Positions 10,258 to 22,015 of a DNA stretch of 57,075 nucleotides are shown here, piece by piece (the stretch's first letter is position 1; each line of letters opens with the position of its first letter). This DNA is from Trichomonas gallinae. Lineage: Eukaryota. The translations under genes and the position numbers were made by a program. Below the pieces are notes generated by a model that saw only the letters and a program-made list of their open reading frames with translations, did not search any database and had not been told where the DNA came from. The stretch covers positions 1 to 57,075 of the forward strand of contig MRSU01005831.1 in NCBI GenBank assembly GCA_008369845.1, written 5' to 3'.

Positions 10258-11322
10258 ATGTATACTCCTTTGCAACAGCAGCAGTCTATTGCTATGTTAT
10301 TGCACCAAAATGCATGTGAAGCATTTGACAAGTATGTGGATGGCAGAATGACTGCACATAACAACTATATATTTCAAATGGTCAAAAGATGCGATTATGA
10401 TGTGCAAAGTGTCGGTTTCATAGGCGACGATAACATGTTTTATGCGGTTTCCAATGATAAATTCCATGTTATCAAGATTAATGATACTTATTCCGATACA
10501 ATTGATTTTTCTGAGACACAGTTTTCAAGTACCATACAATCTATCTCACAAAACAAATTCACAAACAATGTATTCTTAGTTTCATCGGGAAATGATATCT
10601 CAATACTCAATTCTGAAAATTTAAATATTGCGAAAATCCCTTTAGAGCCCAGGAAAAGGAGTGTATCATGGATGCATGATCCAACTCACACAGATGATAA
10701 CAAATACACGAAATTCTGCACATACGACGAAAAAGGCGAATTCAAAGTTTTCGACGTTGCTAGATTGCAGTATGAATCCTCTTGTCAGCTTGCACCAGGC
10801 TTTGCGAAAATATATCCACACCCATCTGAGCCTTATGTCATCATTGCTGGTGAAATGCTTCAGCTGATCGACACAAGAACCAACGGACGTGTTGCTATGC
10901 TCGAAATGCAGCCAGGATTTAGATGCCTCAGCTGGATGCCTGAAGACAGATCTGGTATTATCATTGGCTACGACAATGGTTCGATCGATCTTTTCTCACT
11001 TGCTGACCAAAAAGCAATTGTTACTCAGCAAATCTCTTTAGCTCCTATTGCATCCGTAGAATTTTGTCCGAATCAGAGTGGAACAGCTCTAATTGCAAGT
11101 GATTCCGAAATTGTTTTCGCAAACTTGAAATCTTGGGGATATGGGAGAATGACAGTAACTAGAACACATCAAGGACATGTTGGACGTATTGTTGATGCTC
11201 ATTGGTTCGATTCTTCCGCTCAAAATCCTCTTAAGTCGCTTAAAGTCATTTCATGTGATGATCAGAGAATGATCAATGTATTTGAAATGCCAATTGATTA
11301 TATTCCAGTCTTCCAAGCCTAA
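10258..11322 (+). CDS. WD40-repeat protein, divergent RBBP4/MSI1 (CAF-1 subunit C)-like
   Basis: Beta-rich WD-type repeats ('FCTYDEKGEFKVFDV', 'IIIGYDNGSIDLFSL'). The C-terminal 'HQGHVGRIVDAHW...VISCDDQRMINVFEM' resembles the last RBBP4 blade (HGGHTAKISDFSW...CSVSEDNIMQVWQM). The first ATG is at 10258. Confidence 0.7.
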   Translation: MYTPLQQQQSIAMLLHQNACEAFDKYVDGRMTAHNNYIFQMVKRCDYDVQSVGFIGDDNMFYAVSNDKFHVIKINDTYSDTIDFSETQFSSTIQSISQNKFTNNVFLVSSGNDISILNSENLNIAKIPLEPRKRSVSWMHDPTHTDDNKYTKFCTYDEKGEFKVFDVARLQYESSCQLAPGFAKIYPHPSEPYVIIAGEMLQLIDTRTNGRVAMLEMQPGFRCLSWMPEDRSGIIIGYDNGSIDLFSLADQKAIVTQQISLAPIASVEFCPNQSGTALIASDSEIVFANLKSWGYGRMTVTRTHQGHVGRIVDAHWFDSSAQNPLKSLKVISCDDQRMINVFEMPIDYIPVFQA

Positions 11323-11730
11323 TTTTTATAACTTTTGTTTTATTTATATTATAAAGATCACTCAACATATCATTATTTATATCATCAATCATAGTATTGT
11401 TTATGATTTTCATTTTTAAATATATTTTCTATATATGTAGCATGTTTTCACTTTTATTATTAAACTTTCGATCCTATTGTTATCATAACTTCATTTAATG
11501 TGACCAATACAGCTGGGCTATAATAATATATCGCATACAAATGCCATTTAATATGAAATTACTGTTCAATAATATGAAAAGAACAAATAAATCCTTAATA
11601 TAAGAAACTGCGTATGATTTTACCAGAATTTTACAGAATAGGTAATCATGGGCTTATAATGTATCATTTCATAGCGAGCATGGTAATACTTACGATTTTG
11701 TGACAAATTGAAAAATAGAAACCAATTTTT

Positions 11731-12100
11731 TCATAATGGCAGTTAGAATTTTACTTGACTGGCTATTATCAATATTTTTATCAAAGAAAAAGCATATAGC
11801 ATAATAGATAAATTGGTGGGAATTTAACAATTGTTCATTTTTTATGCAATTAAAGTGGCATCATGTTATATCTGTTATTAGTGATCATGCTGATATCTCC
11901 AATTTTGTTTTATAGGTTTAAGAAAATTGGACATTAGAAAATTATCATACTGACTATTATCAATATATTTATCAAAGAAAAAACATATATCATAATAAAA
12001 TTAAATTGATTTAACAAAAATTTTCGTAATGGCAGTTAGAACACTATTAGACTGATTATTGTCAATATTTTTATCAAAGAAAAAAACGCATATAATAATA
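11731..12100. repeat. Three degenerate ~100-bp direct repeats (core CTATTATCAATATTTTTATCAAAGAAAAA.CATA) upstream of the HAD gene
   Basis: Cores at ~11757, ~11949 and ~12050. Copies 1 and 3 are both preceded by TC(A/G)TAATGGCAGTTAGAA (11731, 12024). About 90 bp of unrelated sequence separates copies 1 and 2. Confidence 0.85.
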
Positions 12101-12409
12101 CATTTTGATTGGAATTTTGAATTTATCTATCGAGAAAACGTGACAAGAATAAAAACCTCATAGAATTATTTCAATAATTACAAAACGGTTATTTTAAGCC
12201 TGTAACTTTGGGCTAAATTTATCATATTTAGTTATAAAACCACCAGATGTGAATGACCACTTTAGTATTCATTTTAAAAATTTTTGCTCACAAATCCGAT
12301 CATTCAATTTTATTTTATATCTTGTCATATTATTTCCCAAAAATGCTTGTTAATTCAAAGTGATGGGTCTGAATTCAAAAACGATTTGTGAGGGGTTTGA
12401 AAAGTGATT

Positions 12410-12415
12410 TCATTT
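12410..12415 (+). promoter_or_regulatory. Initiator (Inr) element TCATTT
   Basis: Matches the trichomonad Inr consensus TCA(T/C)(T/A), starting 12 nt before the HAD ATG at 12422. Confidence 0.65.
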
Positions 12416-12421
12416 TTAGAT

Positions 12422-13102
12422 ATGACCCAGACATGGCCTCATCCTATCAAAGCAGTCGTTTTTGACTGCGATGGTGTTCTTCTTGACACAATCCCAATCT
12501 ACCGCAAGGTCAACAGCACAATCATTGGACAAGAGTATCCGGAACATTTAGTCAACAAGACAAACGGCAGAACCGATATCGAAGTCTGCAGATTCATCAT
12601 CAATGAATTCAAGTTAAACCTCACACCTGAAGAAATGGTTAAGATTCGTTACCAGTATCTCGATAAGTGGCTCCCAGACTGCGAATTAGTTCCAGGCATC
12701 CGACGAATCATCGAGACAATCAAGGGTATGGGCCTCAAGATTGCTATCGCCACAAGCTCCCAGAGACACGGCTACAATGATAAGATGGAGAAGCACAAAG
12801 ACTTAGAGCAGTACTTCGACTACATCCTTTGCGGTGACGAAGTTTCAAATGCTAAGCCAGATCCAGAAATTTTCCAGAAGGCCGCTGCCGCAATCTGTAA
12901 TTATCCACCAGAGAACGTTCTTGTTTTCGAGGATGCCCCATCTGGTGTTAAGGCTGCTAATGCTGCTGGAATGCCATCTGTTCTCTTATGGAGACAGTCA
13001 ATCAAACCAGATCCATTCCTTGAGGATCTCCAGGCCAAGCCAACATTGATCATCGATGACTTTGATAACTTTGACTTCAAGACCTTCGATTTCCAGAAGT
13101 AA
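12422..13102 (+). CDS. HAD-superfamily hydrolase, subfamily IA (HDHD1/pseudouridine-5'-phosphatase-like)
   Basis: Motif I 'VVFDCDGVLLDT', motif II 'IATSS', motif III 'KPDPEIF', motif IV 'VFEDAPSGVKAANAAGM'. The ATG at 12422 follows an Inr. Confidence 0.93.
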   Translation: MTQTWPHPIKAVVFDCDGVLLDTIPIYRKVNSTIIGQEYPEHLVNKTNGRTDIEVCRFIINEFKLNLTPEEMVKIRYQYLDKWLPDCELVPGIRRIIETIKGMGLKIAIATSSQRHGYNDKMEKHKDLEQYFDYILCGDEVSNAKPDPEIFQKAAAAICNYPPENVLVFEDAPSGVKAANAAGMPSVLLWRQSIKPDPFLEDLQAKPTLIIDDFDNFDFKTFDFQK

Positions 13103-13258
13103 GCGCCTTTTATTATAATTCTTTTATCTAATATTAAATATCGGTATATATAAACTATTCTATTATTAACCTCATATGTTTTTCTTCCCACTTATCTGAA
13201 TTGAAAATTTGTCATCAACACTGGACTATCTTAAGGGCGTCAGTTGGAGTGTGTAACA

Positions 13259-13399
13259 AAAGTGCGGCAGTCACTTTTTGGATTCTTACATTTGAATATT
13301 TGACACTTTACACGTCAACTCCTGCCATATTTCACTTTTCCCTACACCATTCTGTCAGTTGCAAAAAGGTGACATATCTCATCTGAACTGTCGCACTTT
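13259..13399. repeat. Imperfect fold-back/inverted-repeat element
   Basis: AAAGTGCGGCAGT (13259-13271) pairs with ACTGTCGCACTTT (13387-13399) at 12/13 positions. The inner GTCACTTTTTG (13270-13280) pairs with CAAAAAGGTGAC (13361-13372) with one bulge. Confidence 0.55.
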
Positions 13400-13500
13400 A
13401 TCACAAATTTGTGTAGTCGTCACAATCTCAGTCTGGAAGAAATTTCTTTCGACTACTTATTTTTGTATAAAACCCCTTAGAATGGTCATATAGTTTTGAA

Positions 13501-16500
13501 ATGTACCAAAAAATGACACATTTCTATATGTTAGTCACCCAGATCTTTGATCAATTTTGGTCATCATGCCAAAAAGGGATAGTTAATAGGCAAATCTTCA
13601 ATCAGATCAATGAACTAATGAGTTTCGTCCTTGACTCGGATTGTGTTCCACCTAAGTACAATTGCTTAATAGATGATTTCTTTGATAAGCACTTATCAAC
13701 ATTCTTATTGAAGATTATTGATGTTAACAAGCCAAATGATGAGAATTTGCAAATGATAATTCAGCTTGTGAAAATATCTATTAAAATATTCGAGAAACAT
13801 TTCATAAACTTCCATGTTGAGTTCCTCAAATCAATTTTAGTTATCATCAATATACAAAATACAATATTGTTCAAGTCAGCAGACGACTATTCAAATTTCG
13901 ATTTCATATCAACTGATTTTGATACAGAACATATCATTTCAGATTTCGAATTATTCATGCAAAACCTCGAAACTACACAACTAACTAAGCTATCATATCT
14001 ATTAGACATTATTTTGCATATGAAAATTATTTTTCCTTTAGAATTTTCAATATATCATCAATTATCCGATTTTATTACAAATAAAAATGCTAATCCTTAT
14101 GATTTCACGATGATATTTAATGCCTTACTAACTGTTAAAGAAAATTCGATTCAATCTTGTGCTCCATGTTTATGTGATTTCTTTGTGCAGCATTTCAAAG
14201 ATGATTAGATTAACGAGACTAATTACTATTTTATCATATTTGTGCTCAAAAAATGCAAATTTGAAAACATTGATATATGTTATAACAATATTTCGCACTA
14301 TATATCAAAAAAAGATCTTTTAGCTTTACAGTCTGTTTACCCTGATAAACAGCAATCGTTATTAAACCTTTGCTTATTAAAATTTCCAATCTCAGACATT
14401 ATATCAGTAATTGATGAGTTAAGTGGTACATTTGATATAGACATATCAAGTAAAATCCATCTAATGACTCAGATTGATTTACAAAACATGATTAAAATTA
14501 TCGGAAAGGTAAATTTGGATTCACTTTAAAAACTTGAAGAAGGACTGTTAACACTCGAATATAGTGAAGCTAGACTCAACCTTTTGAAAGAAATTCACAC
14601 GATCACAAATGATCGAGAAATTATTCAGAAATCTGTTGAGAATAGAAGTGAATTGGGATCCTACATCTATTCACAAAGCAATACTGGTGAAATTACACAA
14701 AATTGCATTCATAATCCTGATAACATCGGATTCGCGCTTGCTTTGTTACACAAAGTCCAAGAATCTGGTGAAATTGTAATCAGTATAGAAGATGCAGCTA
14801 GTATTTTTAATAATTTAACTCATAAATCAGGAAAATTCATTTTCGAAATTTTGATCGAAATTCCTCTTTAAACAGCGAAGCCCAGAATCTCACCCTTGCA
14901 CTAGAAATACAGACTGACTGGTTCTCAAAGCTCGATGTTGACGTGAAATACGTTTTTCTTTACAGAATTCATGCATTTTCTAATTTAATGCAAAATCAAA
15001 AGTGGGTTAAGATATTTGAAGCAACAGGAGGTGCAGAGATACTAATAAAAATTGCATTACTAGTAGCACAAGGTATGGTTTCATATTCCAACGATGAATT
15101 AGATATAATTTTGAAAGTAGCACGCGAAGTCATCATTCACTGCCCTGATACTATTCTCAAGTTCGAACCCGGCGATTTCATGATTGCTGCAAATCCAAAA
15201 TCCATTCCATCAATCTCCTTCTTTTCTGAGATCTGCACCATCTACCCTTATGTTCTCAACTCTTTAACAGAGCCATAATCACTTGTTAGAGCTTTGGCTA
15301 TCGACGAGTAGTGCAATGACAAGGATTCCATCTTCAAAATCATTATGCCTTCAAGAACTATCCAGACATTGTTGGAATGATGTGCAATTTGTGCGAGCAA
15401 TCTTTCGACAATTTAGTCGAAGGTTTTCCAGACTTGTTTGCACAAATCAGCCTACAGATACCGATGTAACATAGGTTGAGACTATTTGAAACCTTCTCCG
15501 AGTGCTTCTTGAAGCGCTTCAACTTCCCTCAGGATCCAATGGCAAGACTAGATTTTGTTTCTCCTTCACCGGAATATTTGAAGTCGACATTTTCATGCTT
15601 CGTCTCTCTTTTCCCACATTTGGACGAAATCAAGTACTATGAGGAGATATTTCACGTGATAATAACGCAAATATTACTGGATTCCTCGATCTACTATGAA
15701 CCATTCAACGAATTCTTGAATTTCATAATGATGATGCTCGACAGTTTCAGCGATTTGGTTGTTAAATCATTCCCGATAATTATAAGCGCCAGAGATGACT
15801 ACAAGAACATAGAAACAGAAGAATTAACCTCGTTTGCAAAATCAAAGAATTTCTCAGGCAAAAGTATATCGACAGAAATTGCTTCGACTTTGTACAAAAA
15901 TGTTCAATTTCGAAATTTGATTCTTTCTGACTTCTTTGCTGAAGGAACATGGCAGAATGAGCTGCAGAAAATATTCGCAAACATGCTCCTCTTTCCATAA
16001 GATATAATCAGTTCATAAAATTTCGAAAAACATTTTGGAGAAGAAAATCTTGAAAACTCAATAACAAAATTCGCAGAAATTGAGTATTTATCAGACAACA
16101 ACTTTGATGGAAACATAATTTTCTCGAAGAATGGAATGATATTGGCTTTAGAAAATAGACCACAGCCAATGAATTATCCAATTATACTCGAAACAATACA
16201 AATAGTGAAGCAAAGCATCCTCGCAAAGGTTACGCGCACGCATGCATACGAGCAGATTGTTTCCAGGATGGATGCAGAGCATTCTAATCCTAATTTCTGC
16301 ATAGACAGGCTCTTCGAGATCATGTCTGAAGAAAATCCGGATTCAGTCAGATTGAGCTCGGTTTCAGAGAGAATCAAGTCAATGTTCAACAGCGAGTCAA
16401 AGTACGTTGTCAATTTCCTTGAGAGAAAGGACCACATGGATTTTTTATTGAACAAGCACGAATCAGTCAGAAAGACGTATTAATCGATTCTAGCACCAGC

Positions 16501-18660
16501 TTACAACATTTCACCTAACGAAAAAGTCTTGGGTTCTATCTTAGACCCAGTCAACGAAAAACTTTGTGAAAAATGGATGATTTGCGAGAGTTTGCTTAAA
16601 ATTTTCGGCAGCATCAAAATAAACCAGTCGAATGTCATACAGAAGCTTTGTCCATTTGTTATAAATGATATAGAAAACTACGAAAGTTTGCACCGAGACG
16701 AAGGAATCTATGAAAAAATAGATCTTTCAGGTTTATTCGAAATTTTTAAAAAATTATTAGTAATGAGACATTATATGGCCAGCTTCTTCAAATTATGACA
16801 TTCAACGATATGTTTAAGTCGCCTAAACACATCAAGTCATTCATGAAGTTTATCAGTGTAGCTTTAAACAACAAGAAAGAGCTACAAGTTCCTCTGTTTA
16901 AAGTATTAGACAACTCCATTGCTCCATTTGTCGTCAGTCATTTATTCATCACAAGTATATCGATAAACGACCATTACAGAGATCGCCACAACAAGCAGAT
17001 TCTCTCGTTCATAAACAAGACAAACACCGAATACAAACTGAACTTCTTGAGTGAATTAACAAGAGATGCTGTCGCGTGTTCAGAAACTATATACGAATGA
17101 TTCTTCAATAACTTCACTCTTTGGACAGAAACTTTTCTTTTTGACATGAATTAAAAATACGCGAAAAGTTCGCACAGCTTGTATGGGCGATAATCAATGC
17201 TTGCGTGCCCGACGACAAGCCAATGATGCTGAATACTATTTTCGAAGTCTTATTCTCAATGATACCAAGCCTAGTCAAAGCGCGCAAGAATACGTATTCT
17301 TTCCTGGACGATGATGTTGAAATTAGCGGCAAAACATTCCCCGATGGAGACTTCTTCAAGTTATTAAGGTCGATTATATCAGCTGGGCACCTTCAAGGTG
17401 ATGTTATAAAGAACTCACAGCGCCTCTACAAGTATATTATTGGCCTACAGAAAAACGATCTACCAGGTAATTTTTTGAGGATCCACATTTTGTACTTCAT
17501 GTTCAAAGTTGTTCCGCCTGAGAAAGGGGCCTTGCTTTTTGCCGGATTTGATTACCAGAACTTCATTGCATAACTTTCTAATTTCGCTTTCGAAGGCTTA
17601 TTGATAACCCCGCAGATCAACATCTTGCATAATATTTTGATTAGGACTCCAAGACAGTATTTGAGGATTTTCTTTGCATCTGAAGTATTTAAGAACGCTT
17701 TATCATGGATGTTCTATCCGAATAACGAAAATCCTGCAGATTTTGCTCGATCATAGACAAAACACTCTGAGTTTGGCAGAAGGATGCATGAATATGATTT
17801 GATACATCACAAAATGGTTTCTCATCAACAAGCGAAAAGAAACTGAACTATTTACAACACCAAAATTGCCTTCAGATCACATTATTTCATATTTAGTAGA
17901 GATTGAAGCGCTGTATATCAGTAGGTATTACATTGAGAACAAAGGAAAGAAATCTTTCTTCGGTAAAAATTATATTTCGGAACTTAAAAAAGAATGGGAA
18001 GAAAGATCAATTGATCCACAGCATCTGCTGAATGTAGCTCTTTCGCAAAAACAAGATACGAATGGTTACTTCAGCTTGATTTTATCTCTATCTTTCATTG
18101 ATCAAAAAATCTCTGAAAGTATAATGAATTTAATTGCAGATATGAATATTATGGAGAGAGTTCATGAGGATGCGAAATATTTAGCGGCAGCCTTCATCAA
18201 TGAATATTCTCAATTTGTGATTGATCACGATGAAAGCAATTCAGACAAAATTTCATCGATTGTGCTCCGCGAGTTTTGTTCCCAATAAGAAATATACAAT
18301 GATCTTTGCTTATCGGTTGCACGAATAATTAATTTACAGATTTCAGACCAAATTGATGAGTATATTACAAAGATTACCACCAATATTGTTGAAATATCTG
18401 ATTTTGGTGATGGATTTCTCAAATTTTGTGAAGCTATTCAAAAACTTGGAAAATTCACCGGCAAACAAAGCTTGGTCACTCGCGCAAATTCACTAGTTGG
18501 TGAGGCGGTTAAGATAGTGAATAAATCTCTCGAACAACAAAATTTATTGAAACCAATTAAAAACATCAAAACCGGATTTATCTTTATCAAAACTCTATAT
18601 CCAGATCAGCCAATCGAATACTTGAACGACATCAATTCTCTTGGAATGAAAGTTAGATAA
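13501..18660 (+). pseudogene. Disrupted ~1700-codon gene, probably a large helical USP9/24/34-like (family C19 ubiquitin hydrolase-like) protein
   Basis: A chain of same-strand ORF fragments. 13501/14242/14584 share one frame, 15476/16136/16529 share another and 17866/18472 share a frame, separated by in-frame stops and frameshifts with protein-like sequence running through the stops. 'KNFSGKSISTEIASTLYKNVQFRNLILS...WQNELQKIFANML' resembles a degenerate USP Cys-box region lacking the Cys. Pseudogene status is well supported; the family call is weaker. Confidence 0.75.
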
Positions 18661-19099
18661 TTTGGAAATCTAATTGCAACGGCGGTTATTGAAGAGATAG
18701 AGCATTATATGTTAAACTAATATTCTACGACTATTTGCCCACACAAAATTCAAACACTCTTAAGATCAAACTTTATTTTGTCCTTTCTTTATTTTTAAAT
18801 AAACTATCTTGTTTGTTATTATAAAATCGCATCAAATCATATTTTATATTTGAAAGGTTTCATCAAAAAAATATTTTTGGAAAACCTCCCATAATATGTA
18901 TATTGTCTAAATATTCTATTTTTAAATGAAGTTTTCACCTTAATCATTTGGTCACTTTTTATTCAAAATATAAATTAATATAAAATAAATATTATTATAA
19001 ATATCTTTAAGTTTAAAAAATACGAGTTTTCATAAAAACCTAAAAACGGTTAATTTACGATAAACGATAATTTGAAAGAGAAAATTTTACTGTTTATCT

Positions 19100-19118
19100 T
19101 CATTTTATCTCTTCATTT
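19100..19118 (+). promoter_or_regulatory. Tandem Inr elements (TCATTT at 19100 and 19113)
   Basis: Two Inr-consensus matches within 25 nt of the tetraspanin ATG at 19125. Confidence 0.65.
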
Positions 19119-19124
19119 TAAAAC

Positions 19125-19775
19125 ATGACCTGCTGCTCATGCATGGCTCGTACCATCATTGGTATTGTTAACCTTGTTATTCTCATCATTATCGCTATCT
19201 GCTGCTGGGTTGGCCGCAACGTCTTCACAGAATACAAGCTCGACAACATCAAAGACTTCAAGAATCAGACAATTTACATCATTGTCGTCTTTATCTTTGT
19301 TGCAATCGTCTGTATCATTGGTTTCTTCATGATCTGCTGTGGTGGCTTCAAGTGCTTCCGCTGCACATACGCATTCTTCTACCTCGTCATCGTCATTGTT
19401 GAAATCATTCTTGTTGCCCTCGCTGTTAAATTCTCCAGCAAGGCTATGACCTACGCGCAGAAATTCTGGGACGAATACAAGAATCAGACTCTTGTTCAGG
19501 ATGTCGAATTGGCCCTTCAGTGCTGTGGTTTCAATGAGTCCTACACAGATGGTACAGTTTGCGGTTACAACTACACAGCTGACAACAAGACAAGTGCTCC
19601 AACATGCTATACTCAGGTTAATGATCTCGTCAAGAAGAACAAGAAGTATGCTATGATTGGTGGTATCATCATCCTCGTTCTCCAGATCATCCTCTTCATC
19701 TACGCTACATGGTACGGCTTCTGCTACAAAGATGAGGAACAGGATGATAACGAAGGTATGACAGCTCAAGCTTAA
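19125..19775 (+). CDS. Tetraspanin family protein
   Basis: Four hydrophobic TM segments, large extracellular loop with 'LQCCGF' and two further Cys, and juxtamembrane Cys clusters (palmitoylation-type). The stop codon overlaps TAAA. Confidence 0.93.
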   Translation: MTCCSCMARTIIGIVNLVILIIIAICCWVGRNVFTEYKLDNIKDFKNQTIYIIVVFIFVAIVCIIGFFMICCGGFKCFRCTYAFFYLVIVIVEIILVALAVKFSSKAMTYAQKFWDEYKNQTLVQDVELALQCCGFNESYTDGTVCGYNYTADNKTSAPTCYTQVNDLVKKNKKYAMIGGIIILVLQIILFIYATWYGFCYKDEEQDDNEGMTAQA

Positions 19776-22015
19776 ATTTGATTAAAGTATTCATTTGTAT
19801 CCTGTAAAAATATGCAAAAAGTATTTTTGCTTTAAAAAATGAATTTATCATGAGGGGAACAGTCTAAAATTCGAGAGATTCTCTTTGATTTTCTTCATTA
19901 TTGAATTTAATAAGTAATTTGGCCTGTAATTTAACATGTTCTTCTTCAACTAAACGAAATTATTTTGGTTTATCGTTTGTTTTCATTTCGGCATTTGATT
20001 AGATATATATTGTCCACGCGTTATGTCGGTTGAAAAGCTTTGTATTCAGCAGCAATATCAACACCAAGTTAAATGTCAATATTCTTCTGTATGATGAAAC
20101 ATTATGATGATAAATCAAGTATGAAATATTAAAAATTAATAAAGAAACAGCTGTCAAAACTCTTGATGTGATTCTTTTGAAACCTTAGCACTCGTTTTAT
20201 GTGACATTTGTGTTGATATTTTAGGAGAAATCAATTCGATGACAGTAATGATTTTTATTGGATTTTATAAACAAAAATTTTTGAATCTAAAAATCTACAA
20301 ATGTTTTTGTGATTTTTGTATAAAATCTAAAATTTTCAAAAGAACAAAATCGATATATCGATTTTATAATATGTTTATGATATATTTATCAAATAGTTTT
20401 CCAAAATATAAAAAAATCTTGAAATCAGACAAAAGAAACACAAAGAAACTAGTAATAAATCACTATATTATTACATGTCTCCGTTATTGTAGCAGATATT
20501 GATCATCTAATCACAGAATTTAATTTTTTTCCATGGAATTGGGGGTTATGAATGCATACCATTACGAAATGCCAGATACTATCTGAAGTCTACATAATTT
20601 GTGAATCAAATTACCTAGTACACTATCATTATTCTTGAACAACAACGACGATAAATAAAATCAAGAATTTTCCATGTTGTTGATTGTTATTGACGATGAT
20701 TTTATTCACACTCTTGAAGCCAACTAAAATCCAAAGACTTCTGATATACAATGACTTATATCCACCGAAAGACCTTTCTCGAAACATGACAATGAAATAT
20801 TACTAAAAAAAGTTACGAAATCTGTGACCATCAACTTATTCATGACCTAAATTACAACAATTCCTTTTTAATGGTCAGTAAAATTTCGTCTAAAATTCCC
20901 AATTATTAATTCCAAAATAAAAGACAAAATATTAAACGAAATGCTTTCATTGTAGTGATGAAATCTTTTCAAATATTACATTTAATACAACTGCTATCCA
21001 GAAAATCAATCCAATTTTATTGATATTTCCCAAGATATGAAATTCAATAATAAATTCGCTATGGTATATTATCATATACAAAGTATGATGCAGACTTGCA
21101 TCAAAACTATTCTGCAAGATCATCTTTGAATATTCAGATGGAAAAACAAGAAAACAAACTAAAGGAATACTAAAAGTCGAATAACTATAATACGTATTGA
21201 ATTATCATCATCCAAACTTGATGTAAGCGATGATAATTTTTATAAATAACATTAGACTTGATGAATTCAGGAATTCGTCAAGAGAAATCCTTAAATTTTT
21301 CCAAGATTGAGCAAAATCTACCATTTCTCTTTATTAAGAATTAAAATCGAGATAAAATCTGATCGAATAGCAGTTAAAATTCTGAAATAGAAGAACATTG
21401 GCGCTTACATTACTGTTGACATTGCAATAAGTACTGCAAATGTTCAATATATGCCAAAAATTTATTTTGATTTCCAATATTGATCAAGGATTAATTTCCA
21501 CACAGCTATTCATTTAGTCTACCCAGTAACAAAAAGGAATTAAACTAAATAGAGCTTTATTTGGATATTTTTGATAAAATTTGATCTGCATTTTAATGAG
21601 GATCGTTGGTGATTACTCTTTAACGTCCTTCAACGAAAAATATAAACAAAAAGGATAAAATGTCCAAGTATTGGAGCCTAATCCAACCCACTAACTTAAT
21701 TTCCGAAATTATTCGTTATATACGCCAGCCGAATGTGTTCGAGTGTTTAATTAAGAACCAAAAGGACATCATTAATTGCTGGAAATTAAAGACCAAATCG
21801 GTGGAAAATGTTTGATATCGTATAAATTTCCAAAAACCAGTTTGTTCTGAGTAAATATAGATGAAGAATAAAAATACAGCAAAAATTTCGAAATTGTGAC
21901 AAATTAATATTTTATGAGAGGAGACCGTTTACTTTATAATTAAAGCTTTAATTATCGATCATATCATTGCAAGGATTCGATAAAACAACGAAATTTTTTG
22001 AATGGAAAATTTTAC

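Noticed and set aside
11731..12100. CRISPR-like repeat/spacer array
   Set aside because: The context is eukaryotic, the repeats are ~100 bp, degenerate and irregularly spaced, and there are no cas genes.
13501..18660. Alternative genetic code (TAA/TAG = Gln) or programmed readthrough explaining the in-frame stops
   Set aside because: The region also has frameshifts and TGA stops. All neighbouring long genes, including the Gln-rich 5485-aa ORF, have no internal TAR codons and mostly terminate at TAA. Pseudogenisation is the simpler explanation.
19137..19769. 210-aa antisense ORF spanning the tetraspanin
   Set aside because: It is the in-register antisense mirror of a codon-biased gene; the D/N/E runs simply reflect Ile/Val/Phe codons.
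20239..20502. Short AT-rich ORFs (20239-20502, 9949-10155, 23227-23412, 23409-23666, 45773-46006)
   Set aside because: Their I/K/F/Y/N-rich translations are typical of random AT-rich intergenic DNA, with no motifs or codon bias.
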